Shown: one piece after another, positions 38,501 to 44,882 of the stretch
Position numbering within the stretch: the first letter of the stretch is position 1
Layout of the letters: every line of letters begins with the position of its first letter
NCBI GenBank assembly: GCA_037142195.1
Contig: JBAXBA010000026.1
Span: 1-44,882, forward strand
DNA length: 44,882 nt
From: Pseudomonadota bacterium
Lineage (GTDB): Bacteria; Bdellovibrionota_B; Oligoflexia; Oligoflexales; CAIMVM01
Reading direction: 5' to 3'
Translations under genes and position numbers: made by a program
Notes under the pieces: model-generated
Told to the model about the DNA's origin: nothing
What the model saw: the letters and a program-made list of their open reading frames with translations, nothing else
Databases searched by the model: none

Positions 38501-41500
38501 GAGCCACCAGCACCACCGGTCCGGTATGCATAGGTTCCGTTTGCATCAATAACTCCGTCTACAGTGGCACTACCGCTTCCCAAATTGATGCGCACTATGC
38601 CACCACCCGCTGCGCCAGCGTATCCGGTATAATAAGCTCCGCTACCACCCGATGTGTTTGGGTCTGCAAAGCTGCCATAAGTACTAGGCCCTGAGCCCGA
38701 ATTGCAGCCGCCTTTGCCACCGTGGCTGCCACCAAAGTATGTTCCCAAGTAAAAGCTCGCATTTGGGAAAGTCGACGAATAACCGTCGGCAGCCGTTCTC
38801 CCTGTACTCGTGTAGCCGCGCCCAGCAACCGAAATGGTTGAACCCAAACCAACGTTGAGAGAACCCGCGCTAATTTCCAGCGCATATTCTGCACTAAGTG
38901 TGGTTGGCAGTTGATACAAAATTGCGTTGTTTTGCAACGTGAGAGCATCCGTTAACGTGATGCACGAAGTGCCTTTGAGGCATGTTGGCGTTACAGTTGC
39001 GGCATCCAGCGTAAGAGCCCCTGCTGTGATGGCGTTGGTTGTAAAGGTTCCACCCGCAAGCGTGAGAGCTGCGGGTGTTGAAACGGAACCTAGATTTATG
39101 GTCGCTCCACCGGCGTTGTATACAAATGAAGTGAGGTTTGGAGTTTCTATATTCACAGAACCAACGGGCAAAAGCGTGCCCACAACGGACATGGTGTTGG
39201 TGGCGTTGCCAGAAATATCGCCGCCATTTACCAGCACCGGACCCGAAGATGCAAAAACACTCTTCCCTGCCACTTCCAAATTATCTAGCACCAGCATCAC
39301 TTGGTAAGGACTTCCAGTGGTGCCCGTATTTATGCCCGTGGAATTCACCGCATTTGCCGTTTGTGACGTGATGATAAAACAGCTGTCGTCGGTGTAGGTG
39401 GCTGTTGCATTTTGAGCCGTGTTGGGATTGAGGCACATGCCAACCAAATGCCCCGTGTTGTAGCTTGTGAGCTCCACAAATTTTCCGGTGTCGGTGAGCG
39501 AAGTGGATGTGAGCGCGGTGGATGTGCTCGCCGCTGGAATGTTCATAAAGGTACTTATGTTGGTAGATGCGGTAACCTGATTATTGTTATTTACATAAAG
39601 GTCGCCATAGGTTTGTGTCGAGCCTTTAAGATAAATGGTTCCGGCTGCGCCAAATCCTTGTGCCACAGCCACGTAGTTTCCGCCATAAGCCTGCAGGCGC
39701 GCAAGAATGCTTGTGGGATAAGCAAAATTCCCTGAAGTAGAAATGTAGTTGAGCGCAATGCGTCCACCACCACCGCCACCGTAAGCAGAACCGTTTCCGC
39801 CATTTGCCCTTAATGTGCCCGATCCCGATACGGCACCAGCATTCAAATAAACAGAACCACCAGAGCCACCGTTGCGGCCAGCGCCACCGCCAACATCAAT
39901 AATACCGTCGATAACGGCAGGCCCACCGTTTAAATTGATGCGCACAATGCCGCCACCGTTACCAGAAGCACCACCATCGTATGTGCCGGTTGTACCGGAC
40001 ATGTAGGGGTTTACATAACTGCCATAAATCGCGGGGCCCGCAGCAGAGGCGCTGCCGCCCTTGCCGCCATAGCTACCGCCGCTGGTCACGCCGGAAGTGT
40101 ACTGAGCGTTGGGGAACGTAACTCCCGTGAGAGCCGCCGTACCTGCATACGTGTAGCCTCTGCCATTCGCGTTAATCTGCGAATTAGAGCTCACGTTTAG
40201 AGAGCCAGCAGTAATTTCCAACGAATATTCTACGGACGCCGATGTAGCACCCTGATAAAGGTACGATGTGTTTATGAGTGAAAACGTATTTGTCACTGAA
40301 AAACATGTGGAAAGCCTAGTACAATTGGCTGTTACCGTGGCGCCGTCAAAAGTGAGACTTCCAGCAGTAGTGTTAGAAAGCGTATAGGTAGCACTTTTTA
40401 AAGTAACTACTGCCGAGCCAAAGTTTGAATTCGTGAGCACTATGGTCGATGGACAGTAGCTTCCCGTAGGATCCAAGGTAATGCTCGATTGACCTGGATA
40501 CTCGACACCACCGCTTGGACAACCCGCAACGGAAGCTGTTGTGGTGTTGCCGCTTTGCAAGTCGCCACTGGTGGAAACAATGGGAGCGATGCTCACCAAC
40601 GAAGCTTTACCGGTAATTTCCACGTTGTCAAACTTGAGCATGACCTGATAGGTTTTGCTGGCATCGCCCACACTCAACAAACTTCCTGCCGAAATGCTGA
40701 CGCTATCTTTTGTTCCCGATGTGATGGGGAAACAGGTGTCGTCGGCAAGAGCTATTGTGCCGTTCTGAGTAATATTCGGGTTTGCACACCAGCCCACATA
40801 TGGATTTTTTGATGTGGAAAACACGTCACCAAACGTATTTGCCTTGGTGAGTGTGGTTGATGTAAGTGCGTCGGGAACGGCGGTTGGTGGCGCATTGATA
40901 ACCGTCCGCAATCCCAGATTGATAGATGATCGGTTGCAGTTGTTGATAATAAGGTCGCCGTAGGTTTGCGAAGCGCCCTTTAGGTACACAGTGCCTGCGC
41001 CACCTTCGTAACCGACTGAGGTATGAGCTCCGCCGCAAGCGGTAACATTAGAAACAACAGAGGTTGGGCCCGCAAAATTGTTTTGTGCCGTGGTGTAGTA
41101 GATAGCAACGCGACCGCCCATACCACCATCATCGTAGCGATTAACCCTGGCCGCAGTAATGGCACCGCCATTGGCTGATATGGCTCCAGCACCACTCAAT
41201 GTTCCCGTAGTGATCCAAATACTGCCCCCCCAACCTGCTTGGCCATATGTTGCGCCAGAAGCGTTTCCGTTGGCCAAAATAGATCCGTTATTTTGCAGCA
41301 TGCCGCCGTTGGAGATCGTGATTTTAAGCTTGCCGCCGCCCGTTGCTCCCTGATAAGCACCGGAGTCCCACCCTTTGCCACTAGCACCTAAGTCGTAGGG
41401 GTAGAAAATACTGCCGTACGTTAAAAATGACGCAGATATCGAATTAGCTTGCGTTCGTTGTGAACCACCGGTTGGTTGGCCTGGATATCCCTTACCTGTG

Positions 41501-44500
41501 ACATCGATTTTACTAGTAGCGTCGATGGAAAGACTCGAAGCGGTAAACTCCAATCCATATTCTATAGTGGAGGTTGTCGCGCCGTGTGTAATCACTCCAC
41601 TGTTGTTAAGAACAATGGAGCCAAAAACAAAGTCGGATGAACAGTCGGTAAGAGTTGAAGTTGTGTAGTTGTATGTATACGAGGTCATCGTGAGCGTGCC
41701 GCTTGTGACCATGATGTTTGTGTTTTTATATGTGGCAATATTGGCACATGTTATAGCAACACCCGCCAAATTATTGGATGCGAAAAAGGTCACCGTTGTG
41801 CCAGCCGAGAAAGCGTTACCGCTTTTTGAAGCCGTTACCGTTGCGTTTGCTGCAGAGGCAGGGGCTTTTAGGCTTTGAGAATAGGTGCCGTTGCCGTTAT
41901 CGGCAATGCTACCCTGCAAAGTTCCGGCGGTTGTGGCAAACGTAATACCGGTTTCGCCGCCAACGGGAATGGTAATTCCCGAAGAGTCTTTGGCTGTAAT
42001 CACAAGAAGAGTCGTGCTTGTGTTGTCGGCTACAACAGCCGATGGATACGCGGCCATTGTGCTTTGGGAAAGGCTCAAAGAGCCGTAGTACTGAACACTT
42101 GCCGTGTTGCTAATAGCTTGGCCATCAAAGCTCGCGCTAATGGTGGCAATGCTACTGAGCGATGGCGCACGAATGGTCTGCGTGTAAGTGCCGTTGCCGT
42201 TGTCAAGCACGCTGCCAATTAAAGTTCCCGCTGATGTGGCGAGGGTAACAGTGCTTCCACCAACCGCCATTTGCGTGTTGGTGCTATCTTTGAGAGTCAC
42301 ACGAACGGTGGCCGTGGTTGTACCATTAGCGGCCAGGGTGGTGGTTCCTCCCACAATTTCAACGGTGGATTTGAGAGTGTTGGGGCCGCTTGCTCCCGAG
42401 GTTATGTAAACGTTCACACTGCTGGGAAGTGCACTTCCGTTTACTGTTGCCGAAACAACCGCGGTGGCATCAACAACCCCCGCCTTTAATACGCGTTGAT
42501 AGGTTCCGTTGTTGTTGTCTATAACCGCTGTCGACCAGCTTCCGGCTGTTGAACTCACAGCAACCGTGGATCCTCCCGTACTGAGCTGATTGTTGTTAGC
42601 ATCGCGCAGAGTAACCGTAACCGTTGTGGTAGATGATCCATTTGGGAACAATGTTGAAGGCGAAACTAGAATGCTTGATTTTGCTAAAACTACAGCACCC
42701 GGCGCAAACGCAAGTGATGCCGTGCTTGAAAGCGCGTTGCCGCCCACGGTGGCGCTGATTGTGCTAGTTTGCGCTATGGTGTTCGAACGGACGGCGCGCT
42801 GATAAGTGCCGTCACCATTATCTGTTACGCCGGTGCCCAAAAGGGTTCCTGCCGAAGCGGCAATAGCAACGGTTTCTCCACCCGTGGAAATTTGGTTGCC
42901 GTTGGCGTCCCGCAGCGTGACGGTAACAATAGAGCTCGAAGAACCGTCGGCTGTGATCGACGACGGACTCAGCGAAATCGTGGATTGTGTGAGATCCACC
43001 TGGCCTGACATCAGGGAAACCGAAGCTGCAGTTGAGGTTAAGGCTGAGCCATCAAACGTTGCCGAAACCGTGAGAGTTCCGGAGCCGCGCGATGTGGGTG
43101 CACGCAGTTGTTGAGTCCATGTGCCGTCGAGGTTGTTGGTTACAGAACCTAATAAAGTTCCAGCCGAAGCCGTGAACACAACGGTTCCTGTTGTTCTGGG
43201 AATTTGGTTTCCGTACTGATCGCGCACGGTGAGTTTTACAGCTGTTTGCGCAATACCGTTGGCCACAAGTGACGCCGGTGTTACCGAAACACTTGTGGTG
43301 GACAAATCCACCGCCGCCGCAGCATTTACCACAGTAGTGTGACTAAAATTTACAATTTCAGTGGGATTGCCAACAATAAGCGCGCGCACCGTGTTTGTGC
43401 CACCAATGGTGCCGAGGTTGAAATTCACTGAAGCTACGCCCGAGGCGTTGGTAAGGATTTCTACCAAGTTTTGGTTGGTATTGATTTTTCCGTTGCCGGC
43501 TATCACATAAAAACGCACCAAAACATTTTGCAGGGCGGCGCCGCCACTCGAAGACACCTGCGCAACCAATGGGTTGGAAAGCGTTGCGCCCGGAGCGCCT
43601 GATTGGCTGTTGCCGCTCACATACGAAAGAGTTGTTCCCGACTGTTCTACGGTGGTGAGAGTAAAATCGGCAGATTGTGTGTGCCATGACGCTCTTACCG
43701 TGGTAGCACCCGAGCTGGATGTTGCCGTCACTAGGGTTTGCGCAACACCCACGGCGTCGGTTGTTGCCGATGAAGTCGCAATGGTCACGCCCGCTCCCGT
43801 TTGCACCGAGAATGTCACCACGGTTCCCGCAACGGGAGAGCCGTCTTTGAGTACTTGCACCTTAAGTTGGTCTTGAAAAGGTTGCGCTGGAGCGGCCGAT
43901 TGCAAGTTTCCGCCCACAATATTAATGCGCTCGTCGAGGCTCACCGTGAGCGTAAAATCGATGTACTTGCTGCCCCACGATGCTCGCACAAGCGCCGTAC
44001 CTTGCACCGTTCCTGCAGAAAGCGCAGTGGAGGCCTCGCCATTGGCGCCAGAAATGGCGCTGGAGTTGCTGAACGTAACCCCCACGCTTCCGGGGCGCTG
44101 CGTAAAAGAGACAGCTTCACCCGCCAGCGCAACTCCGTTGCGCATCACCTTGACACGCAACGACTGGGCAAAGGTTCCCGACGGATCGGCCGTTTGTCCA
44201 CTGCCCGACAAAAGCTGCAACTCATCGTTCACTACGTTGAGCGTGAAATTCGTTGTTTGTGATCCCCATGTGGCCTTCACCACGGTGGTGCCGCCGCTAC
44301 CAGCAACAGGCGTGAAAACGGTTTGAGCCACGCCTAAGCTGTCAAGCGCCACAACACTGCTGGAAAACGTGCCCGCTGGGCCCGAATCGACAGAAAACGA
44401 AACGTTCTCACCAACAACTGCGCTTCCGTTGCGAATGGCCTGCACTTGCAAGGGAACTGTGAATGCTGTTCCCGGTGGTGATATTTGATTGTTTCCAGCC

Positions 44501-44882
44501 AGCGCCGTGAATAGGGTTGTCGTGGCCACATTCAGAGTGAAATCGGCATTCAAATGCGCCCATGAAGCTCTTATTGCGGAGGACCCCATGGTGCTGCCAG
44601 CGAATAAACTAAAAGAGGCAATGCCGCTGGCATCAGTGGTGGAAACTGCAGGAACAAAACTGACGTTTACGCCTGCAACTTTAGTGAGTGTAACAGCTTC
44701 TCCAGCAACTGGCGCTCCGTTGCGAGTAAGTTTCACTTGGAGAGTATTTGAAAACGATGTTCCCGGCTCCGCAACTTGGCCATTGCCAGCCACAACATCT
44801 AACGATTCACTAGTCGCGCTCAAATTAACGTAGCTGTTTTCCCTTCCCAGCTTGCGCGTATGACCAAATCTCCTAAACCAGT
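32536..44882 (-). CDS. Giant adhesin-like surface protein (>4100 aa, 5'-truncated by the window): Big_1/invasin-type Ig repeats plus seven Gly-rich modules; apparent frameshift near 44827
   Basis: 4095-codon open frame. Five GNxQ-type Big_1-like repeats (~44823-43330), five invasin-D3-like repeats (e.g. DLSTTSVSVTPASLVANG...VRDQYGN, ~43320-41770), then seven modules GRGY...GGSxGG...GGGIVRI...GGSILL...GGRIAVYY...AGTIFLK. No signal peptide at the computed start; the repeat continues in another frame to the window end. Confidence 0.9.
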   Translation of the reverse strand, partial: WFRRFGHTRKLGRENSYVNLSATSESLDVVAGNGQVAEPGTSFSNTLQVKLTRNGAPVAGEAVTLTKVAGVNVSFVPAVSTTDASGIASFSLFAGSTMGSSAIRASWAHLNADFTLNVATTTLFTALAGNNQISPPGTAFTVPLQVQAIRNGSAVVGENVSFSVDSGPAGTFSSSVVALDSLGVAQTVFTPVAGSGGTTVVKATWGSQTTNFTLNVVNDELQLLSGSGQTADPSGTFAQSLRVKVMRNGVALAGEAVSFTQRPGSVGVTFSNSSAISGANGEASTALSAGTVQGTALVRASWGSKYIDFTLTVSLDERINIVGGNLQSAAPAQPFQDQLKVQVLKDGSPVAGTVVTFSVQTGAGVTIATSSATTDAVGVAQTLVTATSSSGATTVRASWHTQSADFTLTTVEQSGTTLSYVSGNSQSGAPGATLSNPLVAQVSSSGGAALQNVLVRFYVIAGNGKINTNQNLVEILTNASGVASVNFNLGTIGGTNTVRALIVGNPTEIVNFSHTTVVNAAAAVDLSTTSVSVTPASLVANGIAQTAVKLTVRDQYGNQIPRTTGTVVFTASAGTLLGSVTNNLDGTWTQQLRAPTSRGSGTLTVSATFDGSALTSTAASVSLMSGQVDLTQSTISLSPSSITADGSSSSIVTVTLRDANGNQISTGGETVAIAASAGTLLGTGVTDNGDGTYQRAVRSNTIAQTSTISATVGGNALSSTASLAFAPGAVVLAKSSILVSPSTLFPNGSSTTTVTVTLRDANNNQLSTGGSTVAVSSTAGSWSTAVIDNNNGTYQRVLKAGVVDATAVVSATVNGSALPSSVNVYITSGASGPNTLKSTVEIVGGTTTLAANGTTTATVRVTLKDSTNTQMAVGGSTVTLATSAGTLIGSVLDNGNGTYTQTIRAPSLSSIATISASFDGQAISNTASVQYYGSLSLSQSTMAAYPSAVVADNTSTTLLVITAKDSSGITIPVGGETGITFATTAGTLQGSIADNGNGTYSQSLKAPASAANATVTASKSGNAFSAGTTVTFFASNNLAGVAITCANIATYKNTNIMVTSGTLTMTSYTYNYTTSTLTDCSSDFVFGSIVLNNSGVITHGATTSTIEYGLEFTASSLSIDATSKIDVTGKGYPGQPTGGSQRTQANSISASFLTYGSIFYPYDLGASGKGWDSGAYQGATGGGKLKITISNGGMLQNNGSILANGNASGATYGQAGWGGSIWITTGTLSGAGAISANGGAITAARVNRYDDGGMGGRVAIYYTTAQNNFAGPTSVVSNVTACGGAHTSVGYEGGAGTVYLKGASQTYGDLIINNCNRSSINLGLRTVINAPPTAVPDALTSTTLTKANTFGDVFSTSKNPYVGWCANPNITQNGTIALADDTCFPITSGTKDSVSISAGSLLSVGDASKTYQVMLKFDNVEITGKASLVSIAPIVSTSGDLQSGNTTTASVAGCPSGGVEYPGQSSITLDPTGSYCPSTIVLTNSNFGSAVVTLKSATYTLSNTTAGSLTFDGATVTANCTRLSTCFSVTNTFSLINTSYLYQGATSASVEYSLEITAGSLNVSSNSQINANGRGYTYAGTAALTGVTFPNAQYTSGVTSGGSYGGKGGSASAAGPAIYGSYVNPYMSGTTGTYDGGASGNGGGIVRINLNGGPAVIDGIIDVGGGAGRNGGSGGSVYLNAGAVSGSGTLRANGGNGSAYGGGGGGRIALNYISTSGNFAYPTSILARLQAYGGNYVAVAQGFGAAGTIYLKGSTQTYGDLYVNNNNQVTASTNISTFMNIPAASTSTALTSTSLTDTGKFVELTSYNTGHLVGMCLNPNTAQNATATYTDDSCFIITSQTANAVNSTGINTGTTGSPYQVMLVLDNLEVAGKSVFASSGPVLVNGGDISGNATNTMSVVGTLLPVGSVNIETPNLTSFVYNAGGATINLGSVSTPAALTLAGGTFTTNAITAGALTLDAATVTPTCLKGTSCITLTDALTLQNNAILYQLPTTLSAEYALEISAGSLNVGLGSTISVAGRGYTSTGRTAADGYSSTFPNASFYLGTYFGGSHGGKGGCNSGSGPSTYGSFADPNTSGGSGAYYTGYAGAAGGGIVRINLGSGSATVDGVIDANGTYAYRTGGAGGSILLRAGTITGSGTLRANGAYGEQAGGGGGRVAVYYTTASGGFSYPTSILSRLQAFGGTYANSNGYGAAGTIFLKSAAQTYGDMIINNNGQVTYGSYINTPINIATGASAALSSSALTHGGMFKENGANSRHLVGMCLNPNTAQNSTATYNDDTCFMITEQTIDNLYASNISVGSAGNAYTTMLVLANLQIAGKAIFAPQGPVLVKNGDISSGTTDTVTSFVGVSYGAPIEFVGLASATFDGGGLSTASYFNPVTTTGNLTFQNGLFNMVCLKDSPCVTAGGALTLLSSATLGHQYTTTTTEYALEINAASLNVSADSVISAAGRGYTSTGVTAADGYSSTFPNASFYLGTYYGGSHGGKGGCSSGSGPSTYGSFADPNTSGGSGAYFSGYGGAAGGGIVRINLGSGTATLDGIIDANGTYAFRTGGAGGSILLRAGTVTGSGTLRANGVYGEQAGGGGGRVAVYYTTASGGFSYPTSILSRLQAFGGTYANSNGYGAAGTIFLKSAAQTYGDMIINNNGQVTYGSYINTPINIATGASTALSSSALTHSGMFKENGANSRHLVGTCLNPNTAQNSTTTYADDTCYPITDQTVNTLSASNISIGSSGNTYTTMLVLDNLEIAGKAIFAPQGRVLVKKGDISSNTTDTVTSFVGASYGTPIEYAGLTSALFDGGALSTPSYFNPITTTGALTFQNGTFYATCLKDSSCITAGGALTVKSTATIAQQYTTTTAEYALEINAASLTVETGGGITAAGRGYVGHASTFYSYSFPNTAYYYGSYYGGSHGGRGGNDWGPIGPYGSFADPNTSGASGGNGTGGAGGSGGGIVRINLGAGTATIDGTINANGNSGSGSHIGGGAGGSILLRAGTIAGSGTISTNGGTGVWYQAGGGGGGRIAVYYTTATGGFAYPSSMLSRVQAFGGGCSSCSYGFGAAGTIFLKSAAQTYGDMYINNNNQSTSATTPIKSVTGVSASLSTSALTQSGAFLEVGANTKHLVGMCLNPNTAQNSTATYTDDTCFVITNQTANDLSASNINIGSAGNTYTTMLVLDNLEVSGKAVFAPQGPVLVKNGDISSNTTNTASVVGSLAASNNVEYEGLVSATLDGGSGTTTLSTLATTGALTLQNGTFVMNCTKTASSCVSVGGALTVKGTATLQQQATTTTAEYALNINAASLTVENGGSISAAGRGYVGHASTYYSYSFPNTAYYYGSYYGGSHGGRGGNDWGPIGPYGSFADPNTSGASGGNGTGGAGGSGGGIVRINLGAGTATIDGTINANGNSGSGSHIGGGAGGSILLRAGTIAGSGTISTNGGTGVWYQAGGGGGGRIAVYYTTATGGFAYPSSILSRVQAFGGGCSSCSYGFGAAGTIFLKSAAQTYGDMYINNNNQSTSSTTVINIPAARASGGLTANTLTDNGRFVENTANSRHLVGLCLNPNTAQNSTLTYTDDTCYVITDQTSDTLTASNIAVGTAGNTYQAMLVLDNLQVSGKGILTPTGPMLVKSGDISSDTTNTFAMSGVVGGGSGYAEFQGLASGTLDGGSLSAIAASYFNNLTTTGSVVMQNGAFVANSASVGVNLTLNAATYYAGSAGLTTNLAVTGDIALTNTSSFTSLSTTATAEYRLNVTAANLSVDSTSNINVTGRGYQCQNVNFIRGPGNINYSTGANNTGGSYGGQGGVWSGSTNAAYGKFNAPTDLGSSGSDGYSQGGGAVRITTSGTLTLNGPIMANAATPSTNVPAGTGGSIFVTTNTLAGSSYMSANGVTANYASGSGGRIAVYYGSSSGAFSGPTVYNAIYALGAGGSRPSAPGTVYLKKNSQTYGDLIINNGGTTGAGWTSLTSPSVATSGTLTSTTLSAGGAFTNSYGLTDQLVGMYVNPNTGQNATNKLSDDTVFPILSSDAGSLTISTGDMTGVASSGNAFKLQLVLDNLEVRGGGNLDFGTQRIYVLSGDLTSNNSTSFVQGGSINAGVMDVGPSTSWTFTTGTITTKCSSNYSCP
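34490..36186 (-). repeat. Intragenic direct repeat pair (Gly-rich modules 5 and 6), offset 1287 bp
   Basis: 34490-34899 and 35777-36186 appear identical over 410 bp by eye; shadow ORFs 34561-34884 and 35848-36171 have identical translations. Confidence 0.92.
36914..38421 (-). repeat. Intragenic direct repeat pair (Gly-rich modules 3 and 4), offset 1290 bp
   Basis: 36914-37131 and 38204-38421 appear identical over 218 bp; high similarity extends over roughly 36775-37530 versus 38065-38820. Confidence 0.9.

Noticed and set aside
34340..38820. Near-identical repeat pairs as a diversity-generating retroelement TR/VR
   Set aside because: Both copies are in-frame coding modules, mismatches look mostly synonymous and not adenine-specific, and there is no reverse transcriptase in the window.
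33012..44833. Many 60-150 aa ORFs overlapping the giant gene, and similar antisense ORFs within other genes
   Set aside because: Shadow frames of the real coding sequences; they repeat with the module period and show no independent motifs.

Overview
AT-rich bacterial chromosomal segment. The gene content (long-form aromatic amino acid hydroxylase, RecD2, several Cys-containing lipoproteins, sigma28-like promoters) suggests Bdellovibrionota/Oligoflexia; this is an inference only. From left to right: a decayed integrase-core transposase end; an Fe3+/thiamine/AfuABC-type ABC transporter operon; hpf; an orphan lipoprotein; recD2; a non-RD Ser/Thr kinase; a YbjN-like protein; an alpha/beta hydrolase; two coupled hypothetical genes; phhA; an orphan ORF with a (YAL)7 VNTR; gmk-rel without rpoZ; an AAA+/DUF4143 ATPase behind three 33-bp tandem repeats; an agmatinase-family enzyme; a ZU5-like exported protein; a TPMT-like methyltransferase overlapping ligA; a polysaccharide deacetylase; a HupE/UreJ-like protein; a second AAA+/DUF4143 ATPase with an inverted repeat over its promoter; and the last 12.3 kb of a giant adhesin-like gene. 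That gene encodes at least 10 invasin-type Ig repeats followed by seven ~430-aa glycine-rich modules with variable Tyr-rich loops. It runs off the right edge and carries an apparent 1-bp frameshift near 44827. The two strongest candidates for something undescribed are this modular polyglycine-type adhesin and the repeat-preceded AAA+/DUF4143 genes. No rRNA, tRNA or CRISPR array was seen.
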